Shown here: positions 53,227 to 62,779 of the stretch, one piece after another | Numbering within the stretch: position 1 is the first letter of the stretch | How the letters are laid out: each line of letters starts with the position of its first letter | Origin: an uncultured bacterium | Lineage (GTDB): Bacteria; Planctomycetota; UBA1135; GCA-002686595 | Reading direction: 5' to 3' | DNA: 64,000 nucleotides | Assembly: GCA_943787795.1 (NCBI GenBank) | Contig: CALSNU010000001.1 | Location: 832,001 to 896,000, forward strand | Position numbers and translations under genes: made by a program | The notes under the pieces: model-generated | The model's input: the letters and a program-made list of their open reading frames with translations, nothing else | What the model was told of the DNA's origin: nothing | Databases searched by the model: none

Positions 53227-53991
53227 TCAGGCGTCGTCCTTGTCGCTCTCGGCCACGGCCACCGTCCAGATGATCACACCGAAGGCGATCTTGTTCACCA
53301 CATCGGCGATGTTGTAGACGATGTTCAGCATGTCATCGGAGCTACCCGGCTCGGCGCCGGTGAGGTAGCCGAGGAAGTAGCCGACCGGGTAGATCGCCCA
53401 GCCGATGGTCACGATGTTCCGCATCAGCTTGAACGCCGCCTGCACCGAGGCGGGCGCGCTCTCGGCGCTGATCTTGCTGGCTTCGCCGGCGAAGATCTCC
53501 TTGAGGATGTAGAGCCAGCCCAGCATGCCGATGATGAAGCCCGGCCACACTGCGATCAGCCCAGCCTCGCCCAGGTAGCCGCCGAGGAGCATCACGAACG
53601 TGCCGATCATGAGGCGCCAGAAGACGCCGCCGGGCACCTTCGTGATCGCCGCAAGGATGAGATAGAACTCAACCATCAGCAGCGGCACTGTGATGAGCCA
53701 GTCGATGTACCTGAAGACGGTGGGCGCTGCCTTGTCGGCGACCCACATGTCCCGCATGTAGAAGTAGTGGACGGCCGCGACGAGCGTCACCATGCCGGAC
53801 ACGGTGAGCGAGGTCTTCCACTTGCCCTTGACCCTCTGGATCTCAAGGAAGAAGAAGGCCGTCGCTGCGATGAGAGCCATCGAAATGGCGAAGAAGGAGA
53901 TACCGACGTAGTCGGTCGGCTCCAACTTCAGAACTTCGGGCGCGAGGGCAGCTACGGGGCTGCTTAGATTTGAGAGAATGGTGACGAGCAT
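53227..53991 (-). CDS. prd: Proteorhodopsin, DTE proton pump, green-type (Leu105)
   Basis: VHY (His75), RYIDWLITVPLLMVEF (D97/T101/L105/E108), GWAIYPVGY, YNIADVVNK (retinal Lys); 7 TM. Confidence 0.97.
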   Translation of the reverse strand: MLVTILSNLSSPVAALAPEVLKLEPTDYVGISFFAISMALIAATAFFFLEIQRVKGKWKTSLTVSGMVTLVAAVHYFYMRDMWVADKAAPTVFRYIDWLITVPLLMVEFYLILAAITKVPGGVFWRLMIGTFVMLLGGYLGEAGLIAVWPGFIIGMLGWLYILKEIFAGEASKISAESAPASVQAAFKLMRNIVTIGWAIYPVGYFLGYLTGAEPGSSDDMLNIVYNIADVVNKIAFGVIIWTVAVAESDKDDA

Positions 53992-54729
53992 GATGAGTTA
54001 AGCTCAGTGCGATCCGCAGGCGAGACGATGGCTCGACGGCGGGTGAATTGGTCTGTCCAACACACGAGGGCTGTGCCGACGTCAAGTCGGTGCAGCCTTC
54101 GCCTTTGCTCTCGCTTCGCGGCCGGAGAAGCGTTGGATGCCAATTTGTGTCGCAGGGGACGACGGCGAACCTCCGCGCGATTCATGACGGGCGCAGCGCC
54201 TTGCGAGTCGGGCAAGGGGGTGGCGATCTGGACGCTTGTAGCTAGGAAGTCGCGCGCTTGGACCGGAGGCCACGAATCCGGGGCGATCGCAACATGGGTG
54301 GCGCGACCGGCGCGTTCTCAAGGCGTGATGAGTACGAGTCCCCCCATACGGGTGCGCGTGGCGCCCGCTCCCAAAGTGAGGAGCGGCTGGTTGCCTCGTG
54401 CCGCCGCGCGGTCCTCGAAGGTGCCGGGCCACGGTCCTCGGCACGCACGAAGGCCTGGCTGCCGGCGGCGTCGTCGCACGTCGCAGGCTCCTGGGTCTTG
54501 CCTCTCAGCCCCTGACCGTAGCTCGCAGGGGCAGTCCGCTCGCTGGGGCACACCCTCGGGGTTCTTCCTGGCGCCCTCGGGCGGTTGCCCCATCGAAGGG
54601 CTCAGCGGGGCCGGACCACCGAGGGATTGTCCCGATGCGGAGAGGCCCCTGAGGTCATGATGTCGGCCACACTGGGGACGACGAACATCGTCTTCCTCGC
54701 TGCTTCTGGACACACAACCCCCTGCACCG

Positions 54730-55233
54730 ATGCTCTCGCGCCACGACATCCTCGACTCGCTCCTCCGTGAAATTGAGATCACCCGCCACCTGGTGGGCAA
54801 GGTCCCCGCTGGCGGGATGGACTTCCGGCCGTCGGAGGGGCAGCGGAGCACCCTCGAGCTGCTCCGTTACCAGAGCTTCTGCGGGCTCGGCGGCACCTAC
54901 GCCATGATCGACGGAGGATGGGATCGGTACCAGGCCCTCGCCGCAGCGTCGGCCGAACTGAGCGCGGAGGCGATCTTGCCGGCCCTGGATGCCCAGGCGG
55001 CGGGCTTGGAGGAGGCCTTCGGAGCCCTGACCGACGAGGCCTTCGCGAGTCAGGAGGCGACCTCACCGAGAGGTGAGACCATGACCCTGGGCAAGGCGCT
55101 GCTGGAGCACCCGGTGAAGTGGATGACGGCCTACAAGCTGCAGCTGTTCATGCACTGCAAGCTGGCCGGGAACGACCAGATCTGGACGCCGAACTGCTGG
55201 GGTGGAGTCGATATGGAGCGCCCTGTAGCATGA
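54730..55233 (+). CDS. DinB/YfiT-like protein
   Basis: DFRPSEGQRSTLELLRY...AYKLQLFMHCKLAG pattern. Confidence 0.6.
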   Translation: MLSRHDILDSLLREIEITRHLVGKVPAGGMDFRPSEGQRSTLELLRYQSFCGLGGTYAMIDGGWDRYQALAAASAELSAEAILPALDAQAAGLEEAFGALTDEAFASQEATSPRGETMTLGKALLEHPVKWMTAYKLQLFMHCKLAGNDQIWTPNCWGGVDMERPVA

Positions 55234-55422
55234 GGGAGAGGCCCGCGGCCTGAGGGGGAGGCTCGACGGTGAGGCCGGTGCCAGGCGCACAAGCCCTCGG
55301 CAGATCGAGACACGTCTCGTGCCCAGCTCTCCCTGCCCGGACGCTCCGACCGGCGACCGGGGCAGAGAGCGGATAGGCTCCGAGGTCCTGTTGGCCCCAT
55401 CCCCGCGCGGCCTGTTGACCCC

Positions 55423-56619
55423 ATGCTCTCTCCGATGTCCCCACCTCGCACCTCTGAACGCGCCACCCGTCTGGCCTTGGCCTTGGCGTGGGCCGCGGCG
55501 TGGCTCTGCCTCCCGGTGTCCAGCGTCCCGGTCTCCAGCGTCCCGGTCTCCAGCGTTCCCGCGCAGCAACAGGAGCCTTCTGGCGCCGTCCAGGTCAGCC
55601 CGGGGCTCACGAAGAAGTCGATCCTGCGCGGGATCGAGGGCTCCGTCGGCCGCTTCGAGGTGCAGACCCGGATCGACATGGCGGCTGTGGGGGCCCCCGG
55701 TGTGGAGTTGACGCTCGAGGGCACCTCGGACAGCCAGCTGCTCCTGAACGGCGAGGGAATCCTCACCCTGACGGACCTGGATGGCGTGGAGATCCTCGCC
55801 TTCCTCGGCGCGCGGAACGACTCCGGCAAGCTCTTCAACCTCACGTTGGACGGTGGCCAGACGGCCATGACGTACTCGGAGGGCGACGTCACCGGCGAGG
55901 GAGCGCTCGTCCTCTCGGATCCGTACCAGACCTTCCGGTCGGCGACGATGTTCGTGGAGAAGGGGGGCACCCTGACCAAGCTGTTCATCGGGCCTGATTG
56001 GAAGGAGCTCGCGGAGACCCGCGCGGTGCGCGTGGACGGCGAGCCCCGGGATGTCCTCGCGGGGCTGCTGGACCGCGAGCTCGCACCGGACCAGCTCAAT
56101 CGGGACGACAAGAACCCCGACCCTGCCCGTAACTACGCGCCCGAACACGCAGGGCTCGCCGACCTCGTCGGTGACTTCATCGTCGAGCAGGGCGCAGGGG
56201 AGGCCGTCGCTCGGTTCTGTCGGACGCGGTTGGTCGGGAACGGCCGCTACCTCGTCTCCGTCGGCGGCGTGATCGTCGAGCCCGAGTCCGGTGCGGTCGA
56301 GCCCAACGACGGCGACGCCTCGGCGGACCGGACACCGAAGCTCGAGCGGGTGGACCAGCTCACGGTGATCGGCTTCGACAGCGTCCGGCGGGTCTACCAG
56401 ATGTTTCAGGTCTCCGGCGCGGACAGCCCTGTCCACTATTGCGAGGGGACACCACGAGAGGACGGCGAGCTGCTCCTCCGTGACCTCGTCGGCGGGCTCA
56501 AGGTCCGGTATTCGTCCGAAGAAGGCGGCGTGCAGCGCTGGGAGTGGACCGTGGGGCGGAGCGCTCCAGTCCAGGTACGGCTCCGCCCTGTCCCCACCGC
56601 CGAAGATCCGGGCAAGTAG
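55423..56619 (+). CDS. Hypothetical secreted protein
   Basis: Signal-like N-terminus with PVSSV repeats; beta-rich body. Confidence 0.55.
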   Translation: MLSPMSPPRTSERATRLALALAWAAAWLCLPVSSVPVSSVPVSSVPAQQQEPSGAVQVSPGLTKKSILRGIEGSVGRFEVQTRIDMAAVGAPGVELTLEGTSDSQLLLNGEGILTLTDLDGVEILAFLGARNDSGKLFNLTLDGGQTAMTYSEGDVTGEGALVLSDPYQTFRSATMFVEKGGTLTKLFIGPDWKELAETRAVRVDGEPRDVLAGLLDRELAPDQLNRDDKNPDPARNYAPEHAGLADLVGDFIVEQGAGEAVARFCRTRLVGNGRYLVSVGGVIVEPESGAVEPNDGDASADRTPKLERVDQLTVIGFDSVRRVYQMFQVSGADSPVHYCEGTPREDGELLLRDLVGGLKVRYSSEEGGVQRWEWTVGRSAPVQVRLRPVPTAEDPGK

Positions 56620-56693
56620 CGCTCACGCCGCGACTCGACGCCCCCTCACGGGCGGGCCGCAACGGGCCCGGCCGCTCACCGAACCCTCCTCCG

Positions 56694-57719
56694 ATGACCA
56701 CCGAACCCAACTCCTCCGCCGCCGAACTCGGCGCCGACGACGTCGCGGCGATCGACGCGCTTCGCTCCGACTACCAGCGAGTCGTCGATGAGCTCTCGAA
56801 GGTCATCGTCGGTCAGCGCGGTGTCATCGAGCAGCTCGCCATCTGCCTCTTCGCCCAGGGGCACGCGCTGCTCATGGGCGTGCCTGGCCTGGCGAAGACC
56901 CTGCTGGTCAGCCGGCTCGCCGAGACCCTGGACCTTGGCTTCAGCCGGATCCAGTTCACGCCGGACCTGATGCCCATGGACATCACGGGCACGGACATCC
57001 TCCAGCAGGGGGAGGGGGGCCGCCGCGACTTCGAGTTCGTGAAGGGCCCGCTCTTCGCCAACATCGTGCTGGCGGACGAGATCAACCGCGCGCCGTCCAA
57101 GACCCAGGCCGCCATGCTCGAAGCCATGCAGGAGCACCGGGTGACCGTCGTGGGGCGGACCTACACCCTGGACGAGCCCTTCTTCGTGCTCGCCACCCAG
57201 AACCCCATCGAGCAGGAGGGGACGTATCCCCTGCCGGAGGCGCAGCTCGACCGCTTCATGTTCATGGTCGAGGTGGACTACCCCAGCCTGGACGAGGAGA
57301 TCGAGATCGCGCGCTCGACGACGGGTGCCGCGGCCCCCGCCCTGGGGCACGTGCTCGACGGCGCTCGGGTCCGGGCGCTCCAGGACCTGGTGCGGCGGGT
57401 GCCCGTTCCCGAGCACATCTTCGAGTTCGCCGCCAAGCTCGTGCGGCGCACCCGCCCCGGGGCTGGAGAGGCGCCCGAATGGCTGGATCGCCTGGTCTCA
57501 TGGGGCGCTGGCCCGCGGGCGGTGCAGTACCTGATCCTGGGCGCGAAGTCCCGCGCAGCGCTGCAGGGCAGCTACATGGTCCGGCTTGAAGACGTGGTCG
57601 CCGTGTCGGAGCCTGTCCTCATGCACCGGGTCATCACCTCCTTCGCCGCCGAGTCGGAGGGGACCGGGAGTCGGGAGATCGTCCGGCGCCTGGTGGCCGA
57701 GCTCGAGCAAGAGGGCTAA
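56694..57719 (+). CDS. moxR: MoxR-family AAA+ ATPase (second paralog)
   Basis: [56 protein letters not shown]. Confidence 0.94.
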   Translation: MTTEPNSSAAELGADDVAAIDALRSDYQRVVDELSKVIVGQRGVIEQLAICLFAQGHALLMGVPGLAKTLLVSRLAETLDLGFSRIQFTPDLMPMDITGTDILQQGEGGRRDFEFVKGPLFANIVLADEINRAPSKTQAAMLEAMQEHRVTVVGRTYTLDEPFFVLATQNPIEQEGTYPLPEAQLDRFMFMVEVDYPSLDEEIEIARSTTGAAAPALGHVLDGARVRALQDLVRRVPVPEHIFEFAAKLVRRTRPGAGEAPEWLDRLVSWGAGPRAVQYLILGAKSRAALQGSYMVRLEDVVAVSEPVLMHRVITSFAAESEGTGSREIVRRLVAELEQEG

Positions 57720-57743
57720 ACCCCGCCAGCGGCGCGACACGAA

Positions 57744-57783
57744 AGCGGCCCCCGGAGATGTCCTCTCCGGGGGCCGCTCTCTT
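57744..57783. terminator. Hairpin terminator between convergent genes
   Basis: AGCGGCCCCCGGAGA-tgtcc-TCTCCGGGGGCCGCT perfect 15-bp stem. Confidence 0.8.
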
Positions 57784-57817
57784 CACTGGCGCCCCTCACC
57801 GGGGCTGCCGGCGTCGG

Positions 57818-59086
57818 CTACTGGAACTGGACCTCGAGGCCGTCCGTGAAGTTGGACGTCGCCGACCCGCCGACCGCGTCGCGGTGCCAGCAGGTGAAGT
57901 TCCACGTCTCTCCGGCCTGAACGGAGACCAGGCCCGTCGGCTGGGGGGTGGAGTTGAGGTCCAGGGGCAGCGAGAACTCGCCCGCGGTGCCACTGCTCAG
58001 GATCTGTCCGGCCCCGACGTAGCGGCCGATCGAGCCGCTGAGGCAGAGGTTGCCCGAGCTACCGCCGGGGTTCTGGGTGAACCCCTGCGCCTGGCTGGTC
58101 AGGAAGAAGCCGAAGGCATTCAGGGGGAGCGACGAGCTGGTGAGGATCACGTTGTTGTCGGCCACGATGTCGCTGCCGAGCGCCGAGATCGCGCCGGCGT
58201 TGCCCGTGGAGTTCACCGCCGCGGTGCAGAAGTTCGTGCCGATCGGCGTGAGGAGCGTCTCCACCACGAGGTTGTCGTAGATCGCAAAGTTGGTCGGGCC
58301 GGAGAGGGAGCTGAAGCGGTCGAAGAGCCCGAGGCTCACGAGCCCGTCAAAGGACCCGGAGAAGTCGCTCTGGTAGGTGAGCTGTCCGTCGAAGCTGTAG
58401 GTGATCACGCCGGCGAAGTTGTCGACCTCGATCTCCACGGTCGTCCAGATGTTGCCCGGCGACCCCGAGATGGTGGACGGCGGCGAGGGGAAGAGGGCCT
58501 GGTAGAAGCTCCCTGACGCGTTCGCGCCGTGCCCCATGTAGCTGTAGTGCGAGTTCGGCATGGTGGCGCACTCGGGGTCAGTGGGGAAGGCGTTGTTGCA
58601 GTCCCTGAACCAGCTGTAGTCGGTGACCGATCCGCCGTCGCCCGTGAAGGCGATGTAGGAGCCGGAGCCCGCGGAGGGCGAGAGGATGGTGTTGCTGGAG
58701 ACCCCGTCCCCCGCGACGCCGATCTGGGCGTACTCGGTCGTACCGGACGAGCCGACGAAGTTCATCCAGACGTCGACGGTGAGCTTGTAGCGCTCGGCGG
58801 AGACCGGTGTGTTGTTGTAGACGGTCCAGGCGTCCGACGAGCCAGCGGTATCGTTGACCGTGAGCTTGAGCCCACCGACGTCGCCGGCGGCTGAGCGAGG
58901 CGCGAGCGGAACTCCGGCGGCGACGTAGTCAAAGGCGAACGTCTGGGAACCGTCCGGAGTGCCGTCGTCGACCAGGGTGTAGTTGGCGGAGGAGTTGGTC
59001 TCGAAGCTGTCGCTCAGGACGACCGATTGAGCCATGGAGGGGCCGACGATGGCGGCCGCGCTGATGGTGGAGAGCAGGATTCGCAT
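57818..59086 (-). CDS. Secreted beta-rich protein with shared C-terminal domain
   Basis: MRILLSTISAAAIVGPSMAQ signal; Ser/Thr/Gly-rich passenger; ends IGTNFC...SNFTDGLEVQFQ. Confidence 0.8.
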   Translation of the reverse strand: MRILLSTISAAAIVGPSMAQSVVLSDSFETNSSANYTLVDDGTPDGSQTFAFDYVAAGVPLAPRSAAGDVGGLKLTVNDTAGSSDAWTVYNNTPVSAERYKLTVDVWMNFVGSSGTTEYAQIGVAGDGVSSNTILSPSAGSGSYIAFTGDGGSVTDYSWFRDCNNAFPTDPECATMPNSHYSYMGHGANASGSFYQALFPSPPSTISGSPGNIWTTVEIEVDNFAGVITYSFDGQLTYQSDFSGSFDGLVSLGLFDRFSSLSGPTNFAIYDNLVVETLLTPIGTNFCTAAVNSTGNAGAISALGSDIVADNNVILTSSSLPLNAFGFFLTSQAQGFTQNPGGSSGNLCLSGSIGRYVGAGQILSSGTAGEFSLPLDLNSTPQPTGLVSVQAGETWNFTCWHRDAVGGSATSNFTDGLEVQFQ

Positions 59087-59376
59087 GGGATGTGGCAAAG
59101 TAGAAGCGAGCGGCGCGGCAACGGCCGGCACCGGAGATGCGACGCACAGTACCACGGGTGCCCCTCCCGCCAAGGGGGGCGGCAAGCCCGGCGTTTCGGG
59201 CTGCAGGCCTGGGCCGCGGTCAGCACCCAAGGGCCCGCGTTGGCCAGCGAGGCGATAAGGGCCGCGGAAAAGCTCTGGGGCGACCCAGGAGGGGCCGAAG
59301 GGTGGCTCTTGCCAGGCGCCGCGGCGGCGCCTCGAGGGCCCTTGGCGGTCCAGGCCCCGCCACGTAGGGTCCTTGT

Positions 59377-60951
59377 ATGACCTTCCTCGCCCCGCTGCTG
59401 CTCGCCTCGACCCTCTCGATGCCCTGTTCCTCAGGCCCAGGCGGCCCTGTCGGTGCACCGGTTGGCTCGACCGCGCCCGAGCGGCCCAACGTCGTCATCA
59501 TCCTGGCGGATGACCTGGGGATCGGCGACGTCTCGCCGACCTCGAGCACCTGCAAGATCAAGACGCCGAACCTCGCGGCCATGGCCGCAGGTGGGATGAC
59601 GTTCACGGACGCTCACTCCACGAGCGCGGTGTGTACGCCCACTCGCTACGGGCTCTTGACCGGCCGCTACAACTGGCGGAGTCGGCTGGCCAAGGGCGTC
59701 CTCAACGGCAACAGCTCGCACCTGATCCCGGGGGACCGTGCGACCCTGGGGCACCTGATGGAGGGCGCGGGGTATGCGACCGCGGCCATCGGGAAGTGGC
59801 ACCTGGGCCTCGACTGGAGCCGGGAGGGCGGGGACCCCGGGGGGGCCATCGACTTTGAGGGGCCGGTGACCAACGGTCCGGACATCAACGGGTTCGGCCA
59901 CTACCACGTGCTCCCGGCCTCGCTGGACATGTCCCCCTATGTGTGGGTCGAGTCCGGGCGCGTCACGGGACAGCCGGACCGTTCCGAGGGCGTGACGCGC
60001 AAGGAGGACCGGTACGGCTGGTACCGGGAGGGGCCGGTGGGGGAGGACTTCTTCATTGACCAGGCCCTGCCCCATCTGGTGGCGGAGGCCTGCAGCTTCA
60101 TCGGGGAGCGCGCGCCCGCAGCCCGTGAGGGAGAGCCCTTCCTCCTCTATCTGCCGCTGCCGTCGCCGCACACGCCCATCGTCCCGGTGCCACCCTTCAA
60201 GGGGGCCAGCGAGATGAACCCCTACGCGGACTTCGTGATGCAGGTCGACCACCATGTGGGCCAGGTCATGGCCGCGCTCGAGGAAGGCGGGGTGGCCGAC
60301 AACACCCTCGTGATCTTCACGAGCGACAACGGCTGCTCCCCCGAGGCGAACTTCCCCCTGCTCGGCGAGCACGGCCACGATCCCAACGGTGGGTACCGCG
60401 GGCACAAGGCCGACATCTACGAGGGGGGGCACCGGGTGCCGCTCATCGTGCGCTGGCCGGGGAAGGTGCCCGCTGGGCAAACCTCCTCCGCGCTCGCCTG
60501 CCTGACCGACATCTACGCCACCCTCGAAGACGTGACGGGGGAGCGCGGCCGGACGGCCGGCGGCGAGGACGGCTACAGCTGGCTCCCGGTCTTTAGCGGC
60601 GCGCCGTCCAGCGGTCGCCGCGCGCTCGTCAGCCACTCGGTCTCCGGCCACTTCGCGATCCGCGAGGGGGACTGGAAGCTCTGCCTCGCCGGCGGGAGCG
60701 GCGGCTGGAGCGCCCCCCGCGAGAACGTCGCGAAGAAGGAGGGGCTCCCGCCGCTGCAGCTCTTCAACCTCGCGGCGGACCCTCGGGAGCAGAAGAACCT
60801 CGCCGACGCGGAGCCCGAGCGCGTGGCGCGGCTGCTCCGGAGCCTCGACCGGACCGTGCGCGCCGGACGGTCCACGGCCGGCCCGGCCCTCCCCAACGAC
60901 CGTGAGGTCACGTTCCTCCCCGAGGGGGTGACCCTCCCGACCGGCGACTGA
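59377..60951 (+). CDS. Arylsulfatase-family sulfatase
   Basis: PNVVIILADDLG, CTPTRYGLLTGRY, IGKWHLG, FTSDNG, YEGGHRVP. Confidence 0.94.
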   Translation: MTFLAPLLLASTLSMPCSSGPGGPVGAPVGSTAPERPNVVIILADDLGIGDVSPTSSTCKIKTPNLAAMAAGGMTFTDAHSTSAVCTPTRYGLLTGRYNWRSRLAKGVLNGNSSHLIPGDRATLGHLMEGAGYATAAIGKWHLGLDWSREGGDPGGAIDFEGPVTNGPDINGFGHYHVLPASLDMSPYVWVESGRVTGQPDRSEGVTRKEDRYGWYREGPVGEDFFIDQALPHLVAEACSFIGERAPAAREGEPFLLYLPLPSPHTPIVPVPPFKGASEMNPYADFVMQVDHHVGQVMAALEEGGVADNTLVIFTSDNGCSPEANFPLLGEHGHDPNGGYRGHKADIYEGGHRVPLIVRWPGKVPAGQTSSALACLTDIYATLEDVTGERGRTAGGEDGYSWLPVFSGAPSSGRRALVSHSVSGHFAIREGDWKLCLAGGSGGWSAPRENVAKKEGLPPLQLFNLAADPREQKNLADAEPERVARLLRSLDRTVRAGRSTAGPALPNDREVTFLPEGVTLPTGD

Positions 60952-61073
60952 CGCTCTCGACCCGCGACCGGGGCTCCAGACCGGGGCTCCAGACCGGGGC
61001 TCCCGAACGGCGACGGTCGGCTTCCCGGCTCCCTGTCTGGTGGCGCCGCGTGCGCGCGCCTAGCCTTGGAGGC

Positions 61074-62045
61074 ATGCCCAGCGCCAAGCTCCTCCTGTTC
61101 GCCCTCGCGGCACCCGCCTCCCTTCTCGTCGGCTGCGCCAGCGCGCCCATGCAAGAGACGCCCGAACCCGCCGCGAGCGGTCCCGTCATGATCGCGACCT
61201 GGCCCTTCGGCAAGCTCGCGGTGGACGCCGCCGCGGAGAAGGTCGCGGCTGGGGGCTCGGGGCTCGACGGGATCGAGGAGGGCATCCGGCTGATCGAGTC
61301 CCTGGGCTCGGATGGCTCGGTGGGACTGGCAGGGCGCCCAAACGCCGCGGGCTATCCGCAGCTCGACGCCTGCATCGTGGAGGGCCCGACGCGGGGCGCG
61401 GGGAGCGTCGGCGGGATGGAGGGCATCGTGCACCCCATCACCGCGGCGCGGCGCGTCATGGACAGCTCCCGGCACGTGATGCTCGTGGGCGAGGGCGCCC
61501 GCTGGTTCGCGCTGGAGCAGGGCCTCGAGACCGTGGACGTCTCGGACCTCGCCGCCAAGAAGGCGGCTTGGGTGGCGCGAGACCGTGATCCCGAGGAGCC
61601 TGCAGAGAAGGGACACGACACCATCACGCTCCTGATGCTCGACGGGAACGGAGACCTCTACGGTGGCTGCTCCACCAGCGGGGCGGGGGGCAAGCTGCCC
61701 GGCCGGGTGGGGGACTCGCCGATCCTCGGGGCGGGGCTCTTCGTGGACAACGAGGTCGGCGCGGCCGGGGCGACGGGCGTCGGCGAGAACGTGATGCGCT
61801 ACAGCGCGACGACCGTCATCGTGGAGATGATGCGCCAGGGCATGCACCCCCAGGAGGCCTGCGAGGCCATGGTCCACCGGATCGCGGCGGTGGATCCCCT
61901 GGGCTACCAGCTCGACGTCTGCTTCATCGCCATCGACAAGCAGGGGCGCACGGGCGCGGCGGCCTCCAACCAGCGCTTCCCCTTCGCCGTCGGGGCTGGA
62001 GGTCGGAGCGAGGTGCGCTCGGTCGAGGCGGTCGAGCGCCCCTGA
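61074..62045 (+). CDS. N4-(beta-N-acetylglucosaminyl)-L-asparaginase (Ntn hydrolase), lipoprotein
   Basis: LLVGC lipobox; LDACI, HVMLVGEGA, GHDTI (autocleavage), STSG, GRVGDSPILGAG. Confidence 0.88.
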   Translation: MPSAKLLLFALAAPASLLVGCASAPMQETPEPAASGPVMIATWPFGKLAVDAAAEKVAAGGSGLDGIEEGIRLIESLGSDGSVGLAGRPNAAGYPQLDACIVEGPTRGAGSVGGMEGIVHPITAARRVMDSSRHVMLVGEGARWFALEQGLETVDVSDLAAKKAAWVARDRDPEEPAEKGHDTITLLMLDGNGDLYGGCSTSGAGGKLPGRVGDSPILGAGLFVDNEVGAAGATGVGENVMRYSATTVIVEMMRQGMHPQEACEAMVHRIAAVDPLGYQLDVCFIAIDKQGRTGAAASNQRFPFAVGAGGRSEVRSVEAVERP

Positions 62046-62158
62046 CGGCGGCCGGAGGCGGTCCGGGAGAGTTCTGGCTGATGGGGGGTAACCCGCCGCG
62101 GCGCCGGGTCCTCGCCCCTTGAACGGCCCGCAGCTGGGCCCGCAAGCGAGAGCCTTCG

Positions 62159-62779
62159 ATGAAGCACGACCACCCGTCCAACCAGGCCGGCTCCACCCGT
62201 CGGGGCAGCCTCGCCGCGGATCTCTCCGCCGCGGTAGAGCGGGTCATTGCCGGCGACCGCGGGGCGTACGCCGAGGTGGTGACCCGCCTCGAGCGCCCCC
62301 TCCGCGCCTGGCTCGTGGGGCGGGCCTGGCCTGGCATCGACGTGGACGACGTCGCCCAGCGCGCCTTCGTTCAGGCCTACGTGCAGCTCCATCGCTTCGA
62401 GGCGGGGACGGACTTCGCGGCCTGGCTGTTCACCCTCGCCAGCTTCGAGCTCAAGACGGAGATGAATCGGGTGAGGCGGACCGCCGACTACCACGCCCGC
62501 TTTGTTTCCGAGCTCCTGGAGCAGGACCTCGTCCGATACGAGGAACTGGGCGCCGGGCACGAGGCCCGCATCGAGCACCTGGAGCGCTGCCTCGCGCAGC
62601 TCGAGGAGCGGCAGCGGGAGCTCCTGGGGTGGAGGTACCGGGAGCAGCTCCCGCTAGCGGAGATCGGCGAGCGCCTCGGCCGATCGGTGCCGGCCATCAA
62701 GAAGGCCCTGTGGAAGCTCCGCGGGCGCCTCCGCGACTGCGTTGAGCTCGGCGTCGCAGGCCAGGGAGGGAGCGCGTGA
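62159..62779 (+). CDS. ECF sigma-70 factor
   Basis: DDVAQRAFVQAY, FAAWLFTLA (region 2); LAEIGERLGRSVPAIKKALWKLR (region 4). Confidence 0.88.
   Translation: MKHDHPSNQAGSTRRGSLAADLSAAVERVIAGDRGAYAEVVTRLERPLRAWLVGRAWPGIDVDDVAQRAFVQAYVQLHRFEAGTDFAAWLFTLASFELKTEMNRVRRTADYHARFVSELLEQDLVRYEELGAGHEARIEHLERCLAQLEERQRELLGWRYREQLPLAEIGERLGRSVPAIKKALWKLRGRLRDCVELGVAGQGGSA

Noticed and set aside
53500..53560. Carotenoid-antenna (fenestrated) rhodopsin
   Set aside because: Helix E reads WPGFIIGMLGW; the position equivalent to xanthorhodopsin Gly156 aligns to Phe, so no fenestration is predicted.
52274..53991. Lower GC in prd/crtE as proof of recent transfer
   Set aside because: Only spot-checked by eye, amino-acid composition could explain it, and crtY/blh look host-like. 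Needs codon-level computation.
53992..54729. Light-regulator (LitR/CarH) operator or small gene upstream of proteorhodopsin
   Set aside because: No convincing repeat, promoter pair or coding signal found by eye.
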